A stretch of DNA of 18,962 nucleotides from a virus. The notes below the pieces were generated by a model. The model was given only the letters and a program-made list of their open reading frames with translations. It was not told the DNA's origin and did not search any database. This document shows positions 1 to 7,821 of this stretch, in pieces (positions within the stretch are counted from its first letter, which is position 1; each line of letters starts with the position of its first letter). The stretch lies in UHGV virus genome UHGV-0190812; one strand, given 5' to 3'. Both the position numbers and the translations under genes were made by a program.

Positions 1-61
1 AATATATATTCTAATCACACAGTGGCAGGAGGGGACCTCCTGCCACCTCAGGGTTGTCATA

Positions 62-592
62 ATGAGTTCTGTAATGAAATTTTCTGTTGTTAATGCAGTA
101 GTGCTGCTGTTGCTGATTGTACTTACTGGTGTTTTTTATATGAAAAAGTCAAAAGAAATTGCAGTTGTTAATATCGATACTATTTATAATCAGTCTACCG
201 CCGGAGACATGGCCAGAAAGCATCTGAATGAGGTTAAGAGTATTCTTGAAAAAGGATATGAGGATGCGCAAAAAGCATTCGCAGATAACGCGAATAAAGA
301 GGCGCTGCTTCTTGATGCCAGACAAAAACTGGAACGACAATATGTTATTGAGGAAAATAGCGCAAAAATGGTGTTATCCCGTGCGATAGATAATGCCATA
401 GGCACATGGAGAAAAGACAATCCTAAAAATATTGCCGTATTGTCTTCAGGTGTTGTGCTTGCGCATAACGAGTCAGCTGATATCACCAAAGAAGTCATGA
501 CTCTGGTTGAAAAAGAAAATCTGGTTTTTAATAAATTACCCAAAGTGGAAGTGCACAATAAGAATGAAGAGAAACCAGAACAAAGTAAGTAA
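62..592 (+). CDS. Skp/OmpH-like periplasmic chaperone family protein with N-terminal hydrophobic anchor
   Basis: 176-aa ORF. Hydrophobic N-terminus (VVNAVVLLLLIVLTGVF) followed by segments resembling E. coli Skp as recalled (IAVVNIDTIY vs IAIVNMGSLF; C-terminal AVLSSGVVLAHNESADITKEV vs [23 protein letters not shown]). Similarity judged by eye from memory, not searched. Confidence 0.55.
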   Translation: MSSVMKFSVVNAVVLLLLIVLTGVFYMKKSKEIAVVNIDTIYNQSTAGDMARKHLNEVKSILEKGYEDAQKAFADNANKEALLLDARQKLERQYVIEENSAKMVLSRAIDNAIGTWRKDNPKNIAVLSSGVVLAHNESADITKEVMTLVEKENLVFNKLPKVEVHNKNEEKPEQSK

Positions 593-1117
593 TCACTAGA
601 TTCTGACGATTTCCAGAAGGGAGATTCAGCAGGCCAGCATCTGTAATCATTCAGATTTGCTGGCTTGCTGCTAAATATGGTTGGTAAGAAAAATAGCAGG
701 CCAGTAATTTATTTAGATTACTGAATATAATAATTTTTCAGGAACGGTTATGCTGAAGGTAGTATGTTTAATCGACACAATTATTTGCTGTGTCTAATAT
801 GAGGTGACATTTTTATGATCACTGACCAGCAAGACTGACCCGTATTGATTAGCCTGATTATTGGCAACTTATTGGGGTAGTCATTTTGACATCCAATGGG
901 GGAGGTTTCCAGTTAAGTTCACGAATGCATGATGATTTGCGTTCACATATCGAAGTACTGGTTGACTATACTAAGGATTTTAAGATAACTCACTGATTGT
1001 AACTGGGTTATTGCGAGGGGGATGATAGATGGTGTCCCCTGCAGACATCTACTTGAAGCAGCAGGGGATTGATTGGAATGGTGTTTTTTAGATGTGAGAA
1101 ATATTTTACCCGCTATT

Positions 1118-1318
1118 TTACCCATTGGCGCGGCTTAAGAGCTTATTTTTGAATTCACAATGGTCACGATATAACCATCTTGCTCGCCCGTGGATAACTT
1201 TGGCTTTTGGCAGGTCGCCGGACTTAATCCGGTCATAGATGAAGGTTTTACCAAAGCCAGTATCAGCCATGATGAATTTCAAATCAACCAGTGAATCAGG
1301 CTGTAGTTCGTGTTGCAT
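1118..1318 (-). CDS. AlpA-family small DNA-binding protein (excisionase/regulator-like)
   Basis: 66-aa ORF; DLKFIMADTGFGKTFIYDRIKSGDLPKAKVIHGRARW is typical of the prophage AlpA/Xis-type helix-turn-helix family. GGAGA Shine-Dalgarno 8 nt upstream of the ATG. Confidence 0.7.
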   Translation of the reverse strand: MQHELQPDSLVDLKFIMADTGFGKTFIYDRIKSGDLPKAKVIHGRARWLYRDHCEFKNKLLSRANG

Positions 1319-1421
1319 GAGTGCTATCTCCGAATAGGGAATCGAACCTGCAAATCAGGTAATAAAAATACGCTCTATGACGGCGATGGTAGATCAGGAT
1401 ATTTTAAGAAACTGACAGGCC

Positions 1422-1700
1422 TCATCGAGTGTGAGGCTGTATGATTCCATGGTTACCTCTGCTTTTTGAACGCATGTCACGTAACTTCTTAATGTGTTCT
1501 GCCGTTTCGATCTCTTCTGCTATCCGATCTGCATCAGCTTTATTCACAGGTTCAAAGTCATGATTAAAGCGGAACATGCTGGCGATACATGTTCTGCCTT
1601 TTCGGATGTAGTGAACTTTGTTGTGGGTAGAACGCAGGATTTTGCAGGGAGTGCCGTGGTGGTCGACGTACCAGGTGTTAGGAAAAATGATTCTGAACAT
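1422..1700 (-). CDS. hypothetical phage early protein
   Basis: 92-aa ORF, co-oriented with the early-left operon; GAGGTG Shine-Dalgarno about 7 nt upstream of the ATG at 1700. No family recognised. Confidence 0.5.
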   Translation of the reverse strand: MFRIIFPNTWYVDHHGTPCKILRSTHNKVHYIRKGRTCIASMFRFNHDFEPVNKADADRIAEEIETAEHIKKLRDMRSKSRGNHGIIQPHTR

Positions 1701-1747
1701 TTTTACACCTCAGTTGGACGATGTTGAAATTTGCTGCTTTGAGGCCA

Positions 1748-1966
1748 TCACAGTCCCCATTGTTTGTTCTTAAGTTCGATCTCCTCCTGGCAACTTGCAC
1801 AAGTCCGACAACGCTGAACAGCCAGGCGTCTTCGCTCATCTATCGGATCGCCACACTCACAACAATGAGTTGCGGATACAGTCTGGTAGTTCTGACGACG
1901 CATTTTTATTGCTGTATTGCGCTGTAATTCTTCGATTTCTGATGCTGAATCAAAGATGTCTGCCAT
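1748..1966 (-). CDS. TraR/DksA-family C4 zinc-finger protein
   Basis: 72-aa ORF with CxxC-(17)-CxxC (CCECGDPIDERRRLAVQRCRTCASC), the usual spacing of phage/plasmid TraR-like proteins. Confidence 0.75.
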   Translation of the reverse strand: MADIFDSASEIEELQRNTAIKMRRQNYQTVSATHCCECGDPIDERRRLAVQRCRTCASCQEEIELKNKQWGL

Positions 1967-2064
1967 CTTCCATTAATCCCTGAATTGTTGGTTAATACGC
2001 TTGAGGATGAATGCGAACAATAAAAAAGGAGCCTGTAGCTCCCTGATGATTTTGCTTTTCATGT

Positions 2065-2280
2065 TCACCGTTCCTTAAAGACGCCGTTTAACATGCCGAT
2101 CGCCAGGCTTAAATGAGTCGGTGTGAATCCCATCAGCGTTACCGTTTCGCGGTGCTTCTTAAGTACGCTACGGCAAATGTCATCGACGTTTTTATCCGGA
2201 AACTGCTGTCTGGCTTTTTTGATTTCAGAATTAGCCTGACGGGCAATGCTGCGAAGGGCGTTTTCCTGCTGAGGTGTCAT
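2065..2280 (-). CDS. hypothetical small protein (start uncertain)
   Basis: ORF in the early-left operon; 71 aa from the ATG at 2280 (MTPQQENALRSIARQ...). In-frame upstream starts at 2346 (ATG) and 2379 (TTG) would overlap the end of the methylase gene. No family recognised. Confidence 0.45.
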   Translation of the reverse strand: MTPQQENALRSIARQANSEIKKARQQFPDKNVDDICRSVLKKHRETVTLMGFTPTHLSLAIGMLNGVFKER

Positions 2281-2356
2281 TGAACAAGTCCCATGTCGGC
2301 AAGCATAAGCACACAGAATATGAAGCCCGCTGCCAGAAAAATGCATTCCGTGGTTG

Positions 2357-2914
2357 TCATGCAGCCTCCCGACGGGCAAGAATCCTTGAGCCGAACGCCA
2401 TCAACTCTCCACGATCAACGGTCGTAAAGTGGCAGTGTGTACGGGGGTATGGGTGCCAGATAATGAGCATCGAGCCTTTATTATTTCCACTGACGGGTTT
2501 CTCAGTGAGTGGGTTAATAAATGCCAGTCGTCCTGCCGTGATGAATCTGACCTCACTGGCGGTTTGTATCGCTTCATGAAACCATCCGACAGATGTGTCA
2601 GCAGGCAATAACATTACACATCCCACACTACTGAATTTGTTTTCAGTGGCTGCCTTTTTCACAAAAGGGGAAATATTGCTGTATGGTGGATTCAACCAGA
2701 CATAACCAGAGGCATATCCCATTGCTTCAGGCCATGAAGTGGTTAATGTGTTCTGCTCCTGTGAGATAAAAAGCCGACATAGTCGGTTTTTTTCGCTGGC
2801 GGCAGCATCAAGTTGAAAAACGAACTCTGCATTAAGCGCAGCAAAAATCTCTGGTGGTGTGCGCCAGCTGTCGCGATGTTCGGCAGGAGTATTGCTTCCG
2901 GTGAAATCAGTCAT
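2357..2914 (-). CDS. phage-type DNA N6-adenine methyltransferase (Dam family)
   Basis: 185-aa ORF with WRTPPEIF, LDAAAS and NPPYS motifs characteristic of phage Dam-type MTases (motif I / motif IV DPPY-like). Confidence 0.85.
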   Translation of the reverse strand: MTDFTGSNTPAEHRDSWRTPPEIFAALNAEFVFQLDAAASEKNRLCRLFISQEQNTLTTSWPEAMGYASGYVWLNPPYSNISPFVKKAATENKFSSVGCVMLLPADTSVGWFHEAIQTASEVRFITAGRLAFINPLTEKPVSGNNKGSMLIIWHPYPRTHCHFTTVDRGELMAFGSRILARREAA

Positions 2915-3068
2915 ACAGCCCCCGTTTATTATTTATCGCCTCAGCCAGCCGCTGTGCTTTCAGTGGATTTCTGATAACAGAAAGGCCGGGAAATACCCAG
3001 CCTCGCTTTGTAACGGAGTAGATGAAAGTGATCGCGCCTACCCGGATATTATCGTGAGGATGCTTCAT
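2907..3068 (-). CDS. small hypothetical protein, translationally coupled between exo and the methylase gene
   Basis: 53-codon ORF below the ORF-track size cut-off. Its ATG overlaps the exo stop (ATGA) and its stop overlaps the methylase ATG (ATGACTGA), as read by hand from the sequence. Confidence 0.3.
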   Translation of the reverse strand: MKHPHDNIRVGAITFIYSVTKRGWVFPGLSVIRNPLKAQRLAEAINNKRGLYD

Positions 3069-3745
3069 CGCCATTGCTCCCCAAATACAAAACCAATTTC
3101 AGCCAGTGCCACGTCCATTTTTTCGATGAACTCCGGCACCATCTCGTCAAAATTCGCCATGTACTTTTCATTCCGCTCAATCACGACATAATGCAGGCCT
3201 TCACGCTTCATACGCGGGTCATAGTTGGCAAAGTACCAGGCATCTTTTCGCGTCACCCACATGCTGTACTGCACCTGGGCCATGTAAGCCGATTTTATGG
3301 CCTCGAAACCACCGAGCCGGAACTTCATGAAATCCCGGGAGGTAAACGGGCATTTCAGTTCAAGGCCGTTGCCGTCACTGCATAAACCATCGGGAGAGCA
3401 GGCGGTGCGCATACTTTCGTCGCGATAGATGATCGGGGATTCAGTAACATTCACGCCGGAAGTGAATTCAAACAGGGTTCTGGCGTCGTTCTCGTACTGT
3501 TTTCCCCAGGCCAGCGCCTTAGCATTAACTTCCGGAGCCACACCGGTGCAAACCTCAGCCAGCAGGGTGTGGAAGTAGGACATTTTCATGTCAGGCCACT
3601 TCTTTCCTGAGCGGGGCTTTGCTATCACGTTGTGAACTTCTGAAGCGGTGATGACGCCGAGCCGTAATTTGTGCCATGCATCATCCCCCTGTTCGACAGC
3701 TCTCACGTCGATCCCGGTACGCTGCAGGATAATGTCCGGTATCAT
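3065..3745 (-). CDS. exo: Red-alpha 5'-3' exonuclease (lambda Exo)
   Basis: 226-aa translation is near-identical over its whole length to lambda Exo as recalled ([54 protein letters not shown]...). Stop/start overlap with bet. Confidence 0.95.
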   Translation of the reverse strand: MIPDIILQRTGIDVRAVEQGDDAWHKLRLGVITASEVHNVIAKPRSGKKWPDMKMSYFHTLLAEVCTGVAPEVNAKALAWGKQYENDARTLFEFTSGVNVTESPIIYRDESMRTACSPDGLCSDGNGLELKCPFTSRDFMKFRLGGFEAIKSAYMAQVQYSMWVTRKDAWYFANYDPRMKREGLHYVVIERNEKYMANFDEMVPEFIEKMDVALAEIGFVFGEQWR

Positions 3746-4527
3746 GCTGCCACCTTCTGCTCAGTGGCTTTCTGTTTCAGGAATCCAAGAGCTTTCACTG
3801 CTTCGGCCTGTGTCAGTTCTGACGATGCGCGAATGTCGCGGCGAAATATCTGGGAACAGAGCGGCAATAAGTCGTCATCCCATGTTTTATCCAGGGCGAT
3901 CAGCAGAGTGTTAATCTCCTGCATGGTTTCATCGTTAACCGGAGTGATGTCGCGTTCTGGCTGACGTTCTGCAGTGTATGCAGTATTTTCGACAATGCGC
4001 TCGGCTTCATCCTTGTCATAGATACCAGCAAATCCGAAGGCCAGACGGGCACACTGAATCATGGCTTTATGCCGTAACATCCGTTTGGGATGCGACTGCC
4101 ACGGCCCCGTGATTTCTCTGCCTTCGCGGGTTTTGAATGGTTCGCGGCGGCATTCATCCATCCATTCGGTAACGCAGATCGGATGATTACGGTCCTTGCG
4201 GTAAATCCGGCATGTACAGGATTCATTGTCCTGCTCAAAGTCCATGCCATCAAACTGCTGGTTTTCATTGATGATGCGGGACCAGCCATCAACGCCCACC
4301 ACCGGAACAATGCCGTTCTGCTTATCAGGGAAGGCGTAAATTTCTTTCGTCCACGGATTAAGGCCGTACTGGTTGGCGACGATCAGCAATGCGATGAACT
4401 GCGCATCGCTGGCATCACCTTTAAATGCCGTCTGGCGAAGAGTGGTGATCAGTTCCTGTGGGTCGACAGAATCCATGCCGACACGTTCAGCCAGCTTCCC
4501 TGCCAGCGTTGCGAGTGCTGTACTCAT
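3742..4527 (-). CDS. bet: Red-beta single-strand annealing protein (lambda Bet)
   Basis: 261-aa translation matches lambda Bet as recalled ([66 protein letters not shown]...). Confidence 0.95.
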   Translation of the reverse strand: MSTALATLAGKLAERVGMDSVDPQELITTLRQTAFKGDASDAQFIALLIVANQYGLNPWTKEIYAFPDKQNGIVPVVGVDGWSRIINENQQFDGMDFEQDNESCTCRIYRKDRNHPICVTEWMDECRREPFKTREGREITGPWQSHPKRMLRHKAMIQCARLAFGFAGIYDKDEAERIVENTAYTAERQPERDITPVNDETMQEINTLLIALDKTWDDDLLPLCSQIFRRDIRASSELTQAEAVKALGFLKQKATEQKVAA

Positions 4528-4532
4528 CCGTT

Positions 4533-4829
4533 TTATACCTCTGAATCAATATCAACCTGGTGGTGAGCAATGGTTTCAACCATGTACCGGATGTGTTCTG
4601 CCATGCGCTCCTGAAACTCAACATCGTCATCAAACGCACGGGTAATGGCTTTTTTGCTGGCCCCGTGGCGTTGCAAATGATCGATGCATAGCGATTCAAA
4701 CAGGTGCTGGGGCAGGCCTTTTTCCATGTCGTCTGCCAGTTCTGCCTCTTTCTCTTCACGGGCGATCTGCTGGTAGTGACGCGCCCAGCTCTGAGCCTCA
4801 AGACGATCCTGAATGTAATAAGCGTTCAT
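4533..4829 (-). CDS. gam: Gam, RecBCD inhibitor (short GamS form)
   Basis: 98-aa translation matches the C-terminal 98 residues of lambda Gam as recalled ([21 protein letters not shown]...[10 protein letters not shown]). AGGAG Shine-Dalgarno upstream. Confidence 0.95.
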   Translation of the reverse strand: MNAYYIQDRLEAQSWARHYQQIAREEKEAELADDMEKGLPQHLFESLCIDHLQRHGASKKAITRAFDDDVEFQERMAEHIRYMVETIAHHQVDIDSEV

Positions 4830-4904
4830 GGCTGAACTCCTGAAAATGGCTGTGAAAAAATCGCCCGCGGAATGCCAGGCTGATTCGGAAAACAGGAAAG
4901 GGGA

Positions 4905-5111
4905 TTAGTGATTCAGACCGTTGCCGCGTCCGTCGAGAAAAACTTCCACGAGCAAGTCACGGGTATAAGTGCGCTCAATGCCGCGATGCAGATAAAGTCG
5001 TCCGCGTAAATTAGCTGATGCAGTCCAGGTACCATCTTTGCGTTTGACCAGCATTCCTGGCATGACCGCACCGCGATTAACGGTCTGCGTTCCGTAATGT
5101 TGATGAACCAT
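4905..5111 (-). CDS. Kil-family (KilR-like) cell-division inhibitor, putative
   Basis: In-frame ATG at 5111 preceded by AGGAG (5-6 nt spacer) gives 68 aa: MVHQHYGTQTVNRGAVMPGMLVKRKDGTWTASAN...VFLDGRG. This resembles Rac KilR as I recall it (HHFGTDE...TYIASAN...VFLGRDG). It is the first gene downstream of pL. The track ORF extends to 5195 with a weaker RBS. Confidence 0.5.
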   Translation of the reverse strand: MVHQHYGTQTVNRGAVMPGMLVKRKDGTWTASANLRGRLYLHRGIERTYTRDLLVEVFLDGRGNGLNH

Positions 5112-5388
5112 AAAAACTCCTGCCCGTAAGCTGGGCTGCTGAACATATAAAGACTTCTGCGCGTATTCAGGCGGTGGATGGCCGCCGGTTGTCATAACTA
5201 AGCCGCCTCGTTGAAGCGACTAAGGTATGAAATGTTGAGTTGATTTCAGCTGGTCACACCGACGTTCACGCGTCCGTTTCATCCCTCGCACTCCCCGAAG
5301 CCTGCTGAAATTCAAGCTGCGGATCTAAGCGGTCATCGCAACGGTGAATCAGGTGGTTGCCGTATCGTTGTGTTGTTGCGATATGGTG

Positions 5389-5431
5389 ATAATAGCTATT
5401 GCTATTGGTGATATCAATACTTATTGCTATT
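5389..5431 (-). promoter_or_regulatory. pL-like promoter with OL operator repeats
   Basis: Minus strand TTGATA (5412-5417), 17-nt spacer, TATTAT (5389-5394). TATTGCTATT copies at 5397-5406 and 5422-5431, the same motif seen at OR. Confidence 0.45.
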
Positions 5432-5556
5432 AGTTGATGTGTTTTGATATTAAATGTTTGATAGCAAAAAGAATTAATTTTGTGACTTGCATCGCATAGC
5501 GATAACTGAAGTGAGGTTATGGTGGTTTTTTTAACGGTGTGTGTGATGAGGGGAGG

Positions 5557-5594
5557 GCAAAAGAAAACCCGGCACGGTGGCCGGGGGCTTTTTA
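5557..5594 (-). terminator. rho-independent terminator closing the repressor operon (tImm-like; bidirectional)
   Basis: Perfect 6-bp GC stem CCCGGC/GCCGGG (5568-5585) with 6-nt loop. On the minus strand it is followed by TTTTCTTTTG, 24 nt downstream of the 5618 stop; on the plus strand by GGCTTTTTA. Confidence 0.6.
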
Positions 5595-5617
5595 TAGTGT
5601 GTTAGGTAAATAGAATA

Positions 5618-6475
5618 TCAGCCTACTGTTCTAAAGATGAGAAGTGGTGTCATCCCATACGAATCACTTCCTCTACCAGCTTGTACCTTGACCATATCCA
5701 GGAAGGATTGTAATCCTGACTTGAGATCGTGTTCAGGGAAATCAGGGTTATTGATATTCTGATCTTGTACAGAATCTGGCAAGGCATCAATCAATCCAAT
5801 GACATGCCAGGTACCCGGTATGGTGCCACCATATTTTAAGGCTAAGTCATCAGGATTAATTGTTAAATATTCTTTATCAATAGACATCCACATCAGGTTG
5901 CCATTCTCATCAATAAAATCAACCTGGAGGATGTTGGGAACGATATTAATGAGTTTCTTAACTACACCAATGGTAAGCCCTGGAGATATCTCAATTTCAT
6001 CTGGGGTGAGTTTTCCTTTAAGCTTCGCTTTGGCTTTTGGGGGAAGGTTGACCGTGTTTAATTGTGCTTGGGCTATCTCACCAAAAATAGGCATAATTTT
6101 CTGAATAGTTGACACATCAAAAATGCGCATTTTTCCAACAGAATGAACAACTGAACCAAGATTCTCACCATTAAGTCCAGTTTTAATCATTCCTGCTTCA
6201 TCTAATTTATCGAGAAAATTAATTGGTAATGACCATGAAGCGTCGAAAGTTTTCTCTTGCGAATGTGTTAAGGTGTCGTCAGTCCCCACTTTTCCTTTAA
6301 GAATCTTGACGCTCAATTCAACGGATTTATTAGATTTATCTGTGTCAGAAGTAGTTTGTTTTACGCTCGTCACTACACCAGCATTGTGAAGCTGGGCTGT
6401 GAGGGAGCTAACGCGTACACGGTCTATGTAAAGAAAATCAAATAGTGAATCTGTGCTTTGTTGTTCGAGCTCCAT
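5618..6475 (-). CDS. hypothetical protein, 285 aa (304 aa if started at 6532); repressor-linked cargo, function unknown
   Basis: Long minus-strand ORF between the cI-like gene and pL. ATG at 6475 with AGAGAGGA about 8 nt upstream; alternative ATG at 6532. Appears AT-rich by eye relative to flanking modules. No motif I can assign (no kinase, nuclease, ATPase or TM signatures noted). Confidence 0.6.
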   Translation of the reverse strand: MELEQQSTDSLFDFLYIDRVRVSSLTAQLHNAGVVTSVKQTTSDTDKSNKSVELSVKILKGKVGTDDTLTHSQEKTFDASWSLPINFLDKLDEAGMIKTGLNGENLGSVVHSVGKMRIFDVSTIQKIMPIFGEIAQAQLNTVNLPPKAKAKLKGKLTPDEIEISPGLTIGVVKKLINIVPNILQVDFIDENGNLMWMSIDKEYLTINPDDLALKYGGTIPGTWHVIGLIDALPDSVQDQNINNPDFPEHDLKSGLQSFLDMVKVQAGRGSDSYGMTPLLIFRTVG

Positions 6476-6617
6476 TTTGCCAATCCTCTCTAAATTTTTC
6501 TTTTTCCTCGCGAATTCTTTTTTGCTTTTCATCTATCTCATCGAAAAGTTGAATGAGTTCATCCACACCATGTGAAGGCGTCTCTGATTTCACTTTCTTC
6601 AAAATTTTCTTGAACAT
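6438..6617 (-). CDS. small charged hypothetical protein (59 aa), possible partner of the downstream 285-aa protein
   Basis: First ATG of the 6438-6695 ORF (MFKKILKKVKSETPSHGVDELIQLFDEIDEKQKRIREEKEKFREDWQNGARTTKHRFTI). Overlaps the 5' end of the next gene in another frame. No convincing Shine-Dalgarno. Confidence 0.3.
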   Translation of the reverse strand: MFKKILKKVKSETPSHGVDELIQLFDEIDEKQKRIREEKEKFREDWQNGARTTKHRFTI

Positions 6618-6766
6618 GATGATTTTCCATAGAGAACTGACTGTACAAATTATGTTCTCTTTGTCACATGAAAGCAACTGCACCAGGACAAGCAAAGTGT
6701 GTCTCCAAAGATCGCTTTAATCACATGTTACAGCTTTTTTGTCAGCTTTGGTCCCATGAAGACGCT

Positions 6767-7459
6767 TTACCCATGCTTCCTGTATGTCTGCGGCATGCTC
6801 CCAATAACCTTACCGAAGATGAACACCCGGTTCATCTCGTCTTTCTCGATCGGGTCCCACGGTGAGTAGCTCTTGTTATCAGAGATAACCAGCAGCTTAT
6901 CCTTCATCATTTGCAGGCGCTTTACATGGGCTGTGTCGTCGTACAGAAACGCATAGATACCATCACCGTCGAAAGATTTAACCGTGATATCAACGAACAG
7001 CAGATCACCTGGTTCGATCGTTCCTGACATGCTGTCACCACGCACGTTAATGATGCGGATATTTTCCGCCTTCCTGCCATCGAACATGTGACGAGCATCG
7101 TCAAACGAGTACTCAACCGAGCGTAGAACTTCTACAAACTCACGGTTGATTACACCCGGCCCGGCACTGACTTCTATATCAAGAACGTCAATCTTGAAGT
7201 ATTTTGAATGGCTGACAGCAGGCTTCCCTGATTGTTGACCGTCATTTCTCATCGGGCCTATGCCTGATGAGAGCCATTCTGTTCGAACACCCAATGCATT
7301 AGCTATTTCAACAATTTTTGTTGAGCCGCGCGCGTTGCCGCTTGTCAGTCTCCAGATTGTGGGTTGAGCTACGCCAGACGCCTTTGCAAGAGCGCCTTGA
7401 GACATTCCAGATTGTTCCATCGCTAGGTTTAAGCGATCAGCAAGAGTTTCTTTTTTCAT
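6767..7459 (-). CDS. cI: CI-like prophage repressor (HTH N-domain plus S24 LexA-like autopeptidase C-domain)
   Basis: HTH segment (MSQGALAKASGVAQPTIWRLTSG); Ala-Gly cleavage site (EVSAGPG), Ser in GDSMSG and Lys in HVKRL consistent with RecA-stimulated self-cleavage. ATG at 7459 sits right after a pRM-like promoter, giving a near-leaderless mRNA as in lambda; the track start at 7495 is a TTG inside the promoter. Confidence 0.85.
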   Translation of the reverse strand: MKKETLADRLNLAMEQSGMSQGALAKASGVAQPTIWRLTSGNARGSTKIVEIANALGVRTEWLSSGIGPMRNDGQQSGKPAVSHSKYFKIDVLDIEVSAGPGVINREFVEVLRSVEYSFDDARHMFDGRKAENIRIINVRGDSMSGTIEPGDLLFVDITVKSFDGDGIYAFLYDDTAHVKRLQMMKDKLLVISDNKSYSPWDPIEKDEMNRVFIFGKVIGSMPQTYRKHG

Positions 7460-7461
7460 AA

Positions 7462-7560
7462 GTTTTAATTTATACGCTTGCGTATTGATGGTCAAAACAC
7501 GTTTTGCTATTGCTTGAATTAATACGCATTGCTATTATTCATTCATTGCAATACCAATAG
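7462..7560. promoter_or_regulatory. OR region: divergent pRM-like and pR-like promoters with operator repeats
   Basis: pR (+): TTGCTT 7510-7515, 17-nt spacer, TATTAT 7533-7538. pRM (-): TTGACC (rc of 7490-7495), 16-nt spacer, ATAAAT (rc of 7468-7473). TTGCTATT motif at 7504-7511 and 7529-7536 overlaps pR -35/-10; a third palindromic site CATTGCAATA near 7544-7553. Confidence 0.5.
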
Positions 7561-7563
7561 GAA

Positions 7564-7797
7564 TTGATAATGACAAATCAAACCATTCAACTCGCAATCA
7601 GTATTACAGGTAGTCAAAAACGACTGGCAGATCTATGCGGTGTAGCCCAACCCACAGTTTGGCGTTGGCTACACGGTGGCGGAATTGATGCCCGCTATGT
7701 AATGAAAATTGTCTCAGCCACTGGTGGAAAGATTAAACCAGCAGATATTCGTCCCGACCTCGCACCATTGTTTAACGCGAGTAATTCTGCCGCCTAA
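7564..7797 (+). CDS. cro: Cro-like repressor (YdaS/Cro HTH family)
   Basis: 77-aa ORF immediately downstream of pR; HTH segment SQKRLADLCGVAQPTVWRWLHGG; AGGA Shine-Dalgarno. Confidence 0.75.
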   Translation: MIMTNQTIQLAISITGSQKRLADLCGVAQPTVWRWLHGGGIDARYVMKIVSATGGKIKPADIRPDLAPLFNASNSAA

Positions 7798-7821
7798 ACT
7801 GCGGCGTTAACTGATAAGGCA

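Noticed and set aside
600-1118. Short ORFs and a 60-aa minus-strand ORF (943-1125) in the AT-rich intergenic region
   Set aside because: No convincing start/RBS combinations; the 943-1125 ORF overlaps the AlpA-like gene end. The region is better treated as non-coding (possible att or regulatory DNA).
1300-1350. tRNA-like T-loop sequence (GGTTCGATTCC on the minus strand) suggesting a tRNA 3' fragment or att core
   Set aside because: The flanking bases do not form a proper T-stem or acceptor stem and there is no CCA context; the segment also carries the RBS of the AlpA-like gene. Probably a chance match, though a degenerate att remnant cannot be excluded.
1494-1983. Plus-strand ORFs 1494-1727, 1721-1927 and 1795-1983
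   Set aside because: They lie antisense to the well-supported minus-strand genes (92-aa ORF with good RBS, TraR-like zinc finger), have no Shine-Dalgarno and low-complexity translations; treated as frame shadows.
2274-4801. Multiple antisense or alternate-frame ORFs inside the Dam, exo, bet and gam genes (for example 2274-2579, 2859-3191, 3074-3385, 3648-3964, 4059-4310, 4090-4566, 4373-4645, 4487-4801)
   Set aside because: They overlap genes whose products match lambda Exo/Bet/Gam almost residue for residue, so the annotated frames are the coding ones.
4905-5195. Longer 96-aa version of the Kil-like ORF, and 4913-5146 in another frame
   Set aside because: The internal ATG at 5111 has a far better RBS (AGGAG) and gives a KilR-sized product; the N-terminal extension is Pro/Gly-rich with a weaker RBS.
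6668-7116. ORFs 6668-6865 (+) and 6922-7116 (-) overlapping the repressor gene
   Set aside because: Out-of-frame or antisense to a repressor with intact HTH and S24 motifs; no RBS.
6767-7495. Extended cI start at 7495
   Set aside because: That start codon is TTG and lies inside the pRM -35/-10 region; the ATG at 7459 fits a near-leaderless pRM transcript as in lambda.
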